From a virus: DNA of 64,000 bases. Each line of letters starts with the position of its first letter. Position 1 is the stretch's first letter. The position numbers and the translations under genes were made by a program. The stretch lies in IMG/VR virus record IMGVR_UViG_3300025732_000019; one strand, 5' to 3'. Positions 62,642 to 64,000 of the stretch are shown one piece after another. The notes under the pieces are model-generated. The model was not told where the DNA came from and made no database searches. It worked only from the letters and a program-made list of their open reading frames with translations.

Positions 62642-62652
62642 ACCTTTATTAT

Positions 62653-62877
62653 ATGCCTGTGATGAACGTCTCGTCTGAACAACTCACCAAAGAGTTGCAA
62701 TCCATCGTCGCAAGTCATCGTCTCTCGTTTCTCGATGCGGTGTTATACTATTGCGAACAACGCAACATTGAACCCGAAGATATTGCTCTCAAGTTGGGCG
62801 ACCGAATCAAATCGGAGTTAGCGCGAGAAGCGCGGCATCTTCATCTCTTACAGGCGAATACCGAAGAGTTATTCTAA
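62653..62877 (+). CDS. 33: late transcription coactivator
   Basis: DAVL.YCE...IEPE......IK..L..EA..L.LL. Confidence 0.88.
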   Translation: MPVMNVSSEQLTKELQSIVASHRLSFLDAVLYYCEQRNIEPEDIALKLGDRIKSELAREARHLHLLQANTEELF

Positions 62878-63576
62878 ATGACTGCGGAACAGGTGTATCA
62901 ATTCAGCACCGCGTATCGTTTGTATTTTTCAACAGATTCATACGACTTCATTAAGTATCGCGGAGTCGTCAAACGCGGTGTCTTCATGCAACAGCGTGAC
63001 CGACAGTTTTACTATCGGCTCGCCACCAAGTTTTCTGACTCACAAATCCATGCGGCGCTGATGCTGGCGTATTTCTTCAAACCCAAAGCGTACATTGCGG
63101 ATGTTGTTGCGGCAGAAAATATGAACGCGGGATTAGATTTTTCCACTCGCGCAGAAAACGGTATGCCGCTCTACCTCGCAAACTTGTATGAGTTACGCAA
63201 ACGACTCACACCCGATGCACTCGATGCATGGCTCTATGCGCCGAGACTATCTGACGGAAGCCGAGCGGTACTGCCCGACTGTCTTGCAGACATCATGAAC
63301 CGCAGTCTTCCTCTTGATCTCGCATGTGCGCTCTTGCTGATTCCCCATGACGAATACGGGTATCATTGGCCACAGTATTGGGAAACGCGGGAACCCGCAG
63401 GATTTACGTTTGGGGTACGGTCGTGGTTAACGCGACTTCGAAAGTTCGATCAACTGCTGGCATGGCATCACACCACGTGGCGGCGTGACAGTCGAATTTT
63501 AGCATCACGATTCTGGTCATCCTATACGCAACTCTCATTGATGCCTATTGAAGGAGAGCAGACACTCTTTTCTTGA
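62878..63576 (+). CDS. 59: helicase loader
   Basis: Y...A..L.F....YDF.KY.G...RDR.FY; synteny 33-59-32. Confidence 0.85.
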   Translation: MTAEQVYQFSTAYRLYFSTDSYDFIKYRGVVKRGVFMQQRDRQFYYRLATKFSDSQIHAALMLAYFFKPKAYIADVVAAENMNAGLDFSTRAENGMPLYLANLYELRKRLTPDALDAWLYAPRLSDGSRAVLPDCLADIMNRSLPLDLACALLLIPHDEYGYHWPQYWETREPAGFTFGVRSWLTRLRKFDQLLAWHHTTWRRDSRILASRFWSSYTQLSLMPIEGEQTLFS

Positions 63577-63643
63577 CACACCTAAGTATTTCATCGTATA
63601 ATACGTTTCATACACCGTCACATTACGTTTATAAGGAGCATAC

Positions 63644-64000
63644 ATGGCAACAAATTTCACGTCTCTCCGTAAGAACCGCGCCTCTCTCTTGACGAAGCTC
63701 ACCGAGGAAGTCAAGAAAACCTCTTCAACTAAAGGCAGTGCCGACGAGCGTTTTTGGAAGCTGTCTGTCGATCCCAAGACGGGCATCGGATACGCACGGA
63801 TTCGGTTTCTGCCGGCGCCGAAGAACGAAGACATTCCGTGGGCACGTGTCTTCTCACATGGGTTTCAGGGCCCCACGGGATTGTGGTTCATTGAGAACTG
63901 CCCGACGACGCTGAGCGATCGGCCATGCCCCGTCTGCAAGAACAACAACAAGCTGTGGAATTCCGGCATCGAATCCGATAAGGCAACGGTGCGTGAGCGT
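63644..64000 (+). CDS. 32: single-stranded DNA-binding protein (runs off the window)
   Basis: DERFWK...G.A.IRFLPA...PW....HGFQGP.G.W.IENC.TT...CPVC. Confidence 0.95.
   Translation, partial: MATNFTSLRKNRASLLTKLTEEVKKTSSTKGSADERFWKLSVDPKTGIGYARIRFLPAPKNEDIPWARVFSHGFQGPTGLWFIENCPTTLSDRPCPVCKNNNKLWNSGIESDKATVRER

Overview
A 64-kb segment of a large T4-like (Tevenvirinae/Kyanoviridae-style) myovirus genome. Nearly all genes are on the + strand and read in the standard genetic code. The T4 core is recognisable: dNMP kinase, gp45-gp44-gp62-RegA, dUTPase, lysozyme, gp43, UvsX, gp41, gp61, ThyX, class II ribonucleotide reductase, RuvC-like resolvase, DenV-like glycosylase, exonuclease and gp33-gp59-gp32. 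There are 12 intact tRNAs (two with unexpected long variable arms), one window-truncated tRNA and one degenerate tRNA. Host-like cargo (OmpA lipoprotein with a sigma54-type promoter, Tat-signal DUF1552, PBP-like peptidase) suggests an Acidobacteriota-like host; this is inference. Most notable observations: (1) five early-promoter cassettes built from paired 27-bp 11-5-11 palindromes spaced about 95 bp apart, the proximal one exactly 13 bp upstream of TTGACA in four cassettes, next to a wHTH-AAA+/VWA/stand-alone wHTH module; (2) a complete hammerhead ribozyme that would release a ~175-nt kissing-loop ncRNA downstream of a pseudoknot-led wHTH gene; (3) a circularly permuted two-piece tmRNA; (4) late-expressed polyproteins whose modules are joined by T4 gp21-type (L/I/V)-x-E cleavage sites; (5) a late-promoter Tat/DUF1552 operon, an orphan HExxH RiPP-type enzyme, a GmrSD-like nuclease and a PBP-lysozyme fusion. 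Family names come from my own motif recognition, not from database searches.
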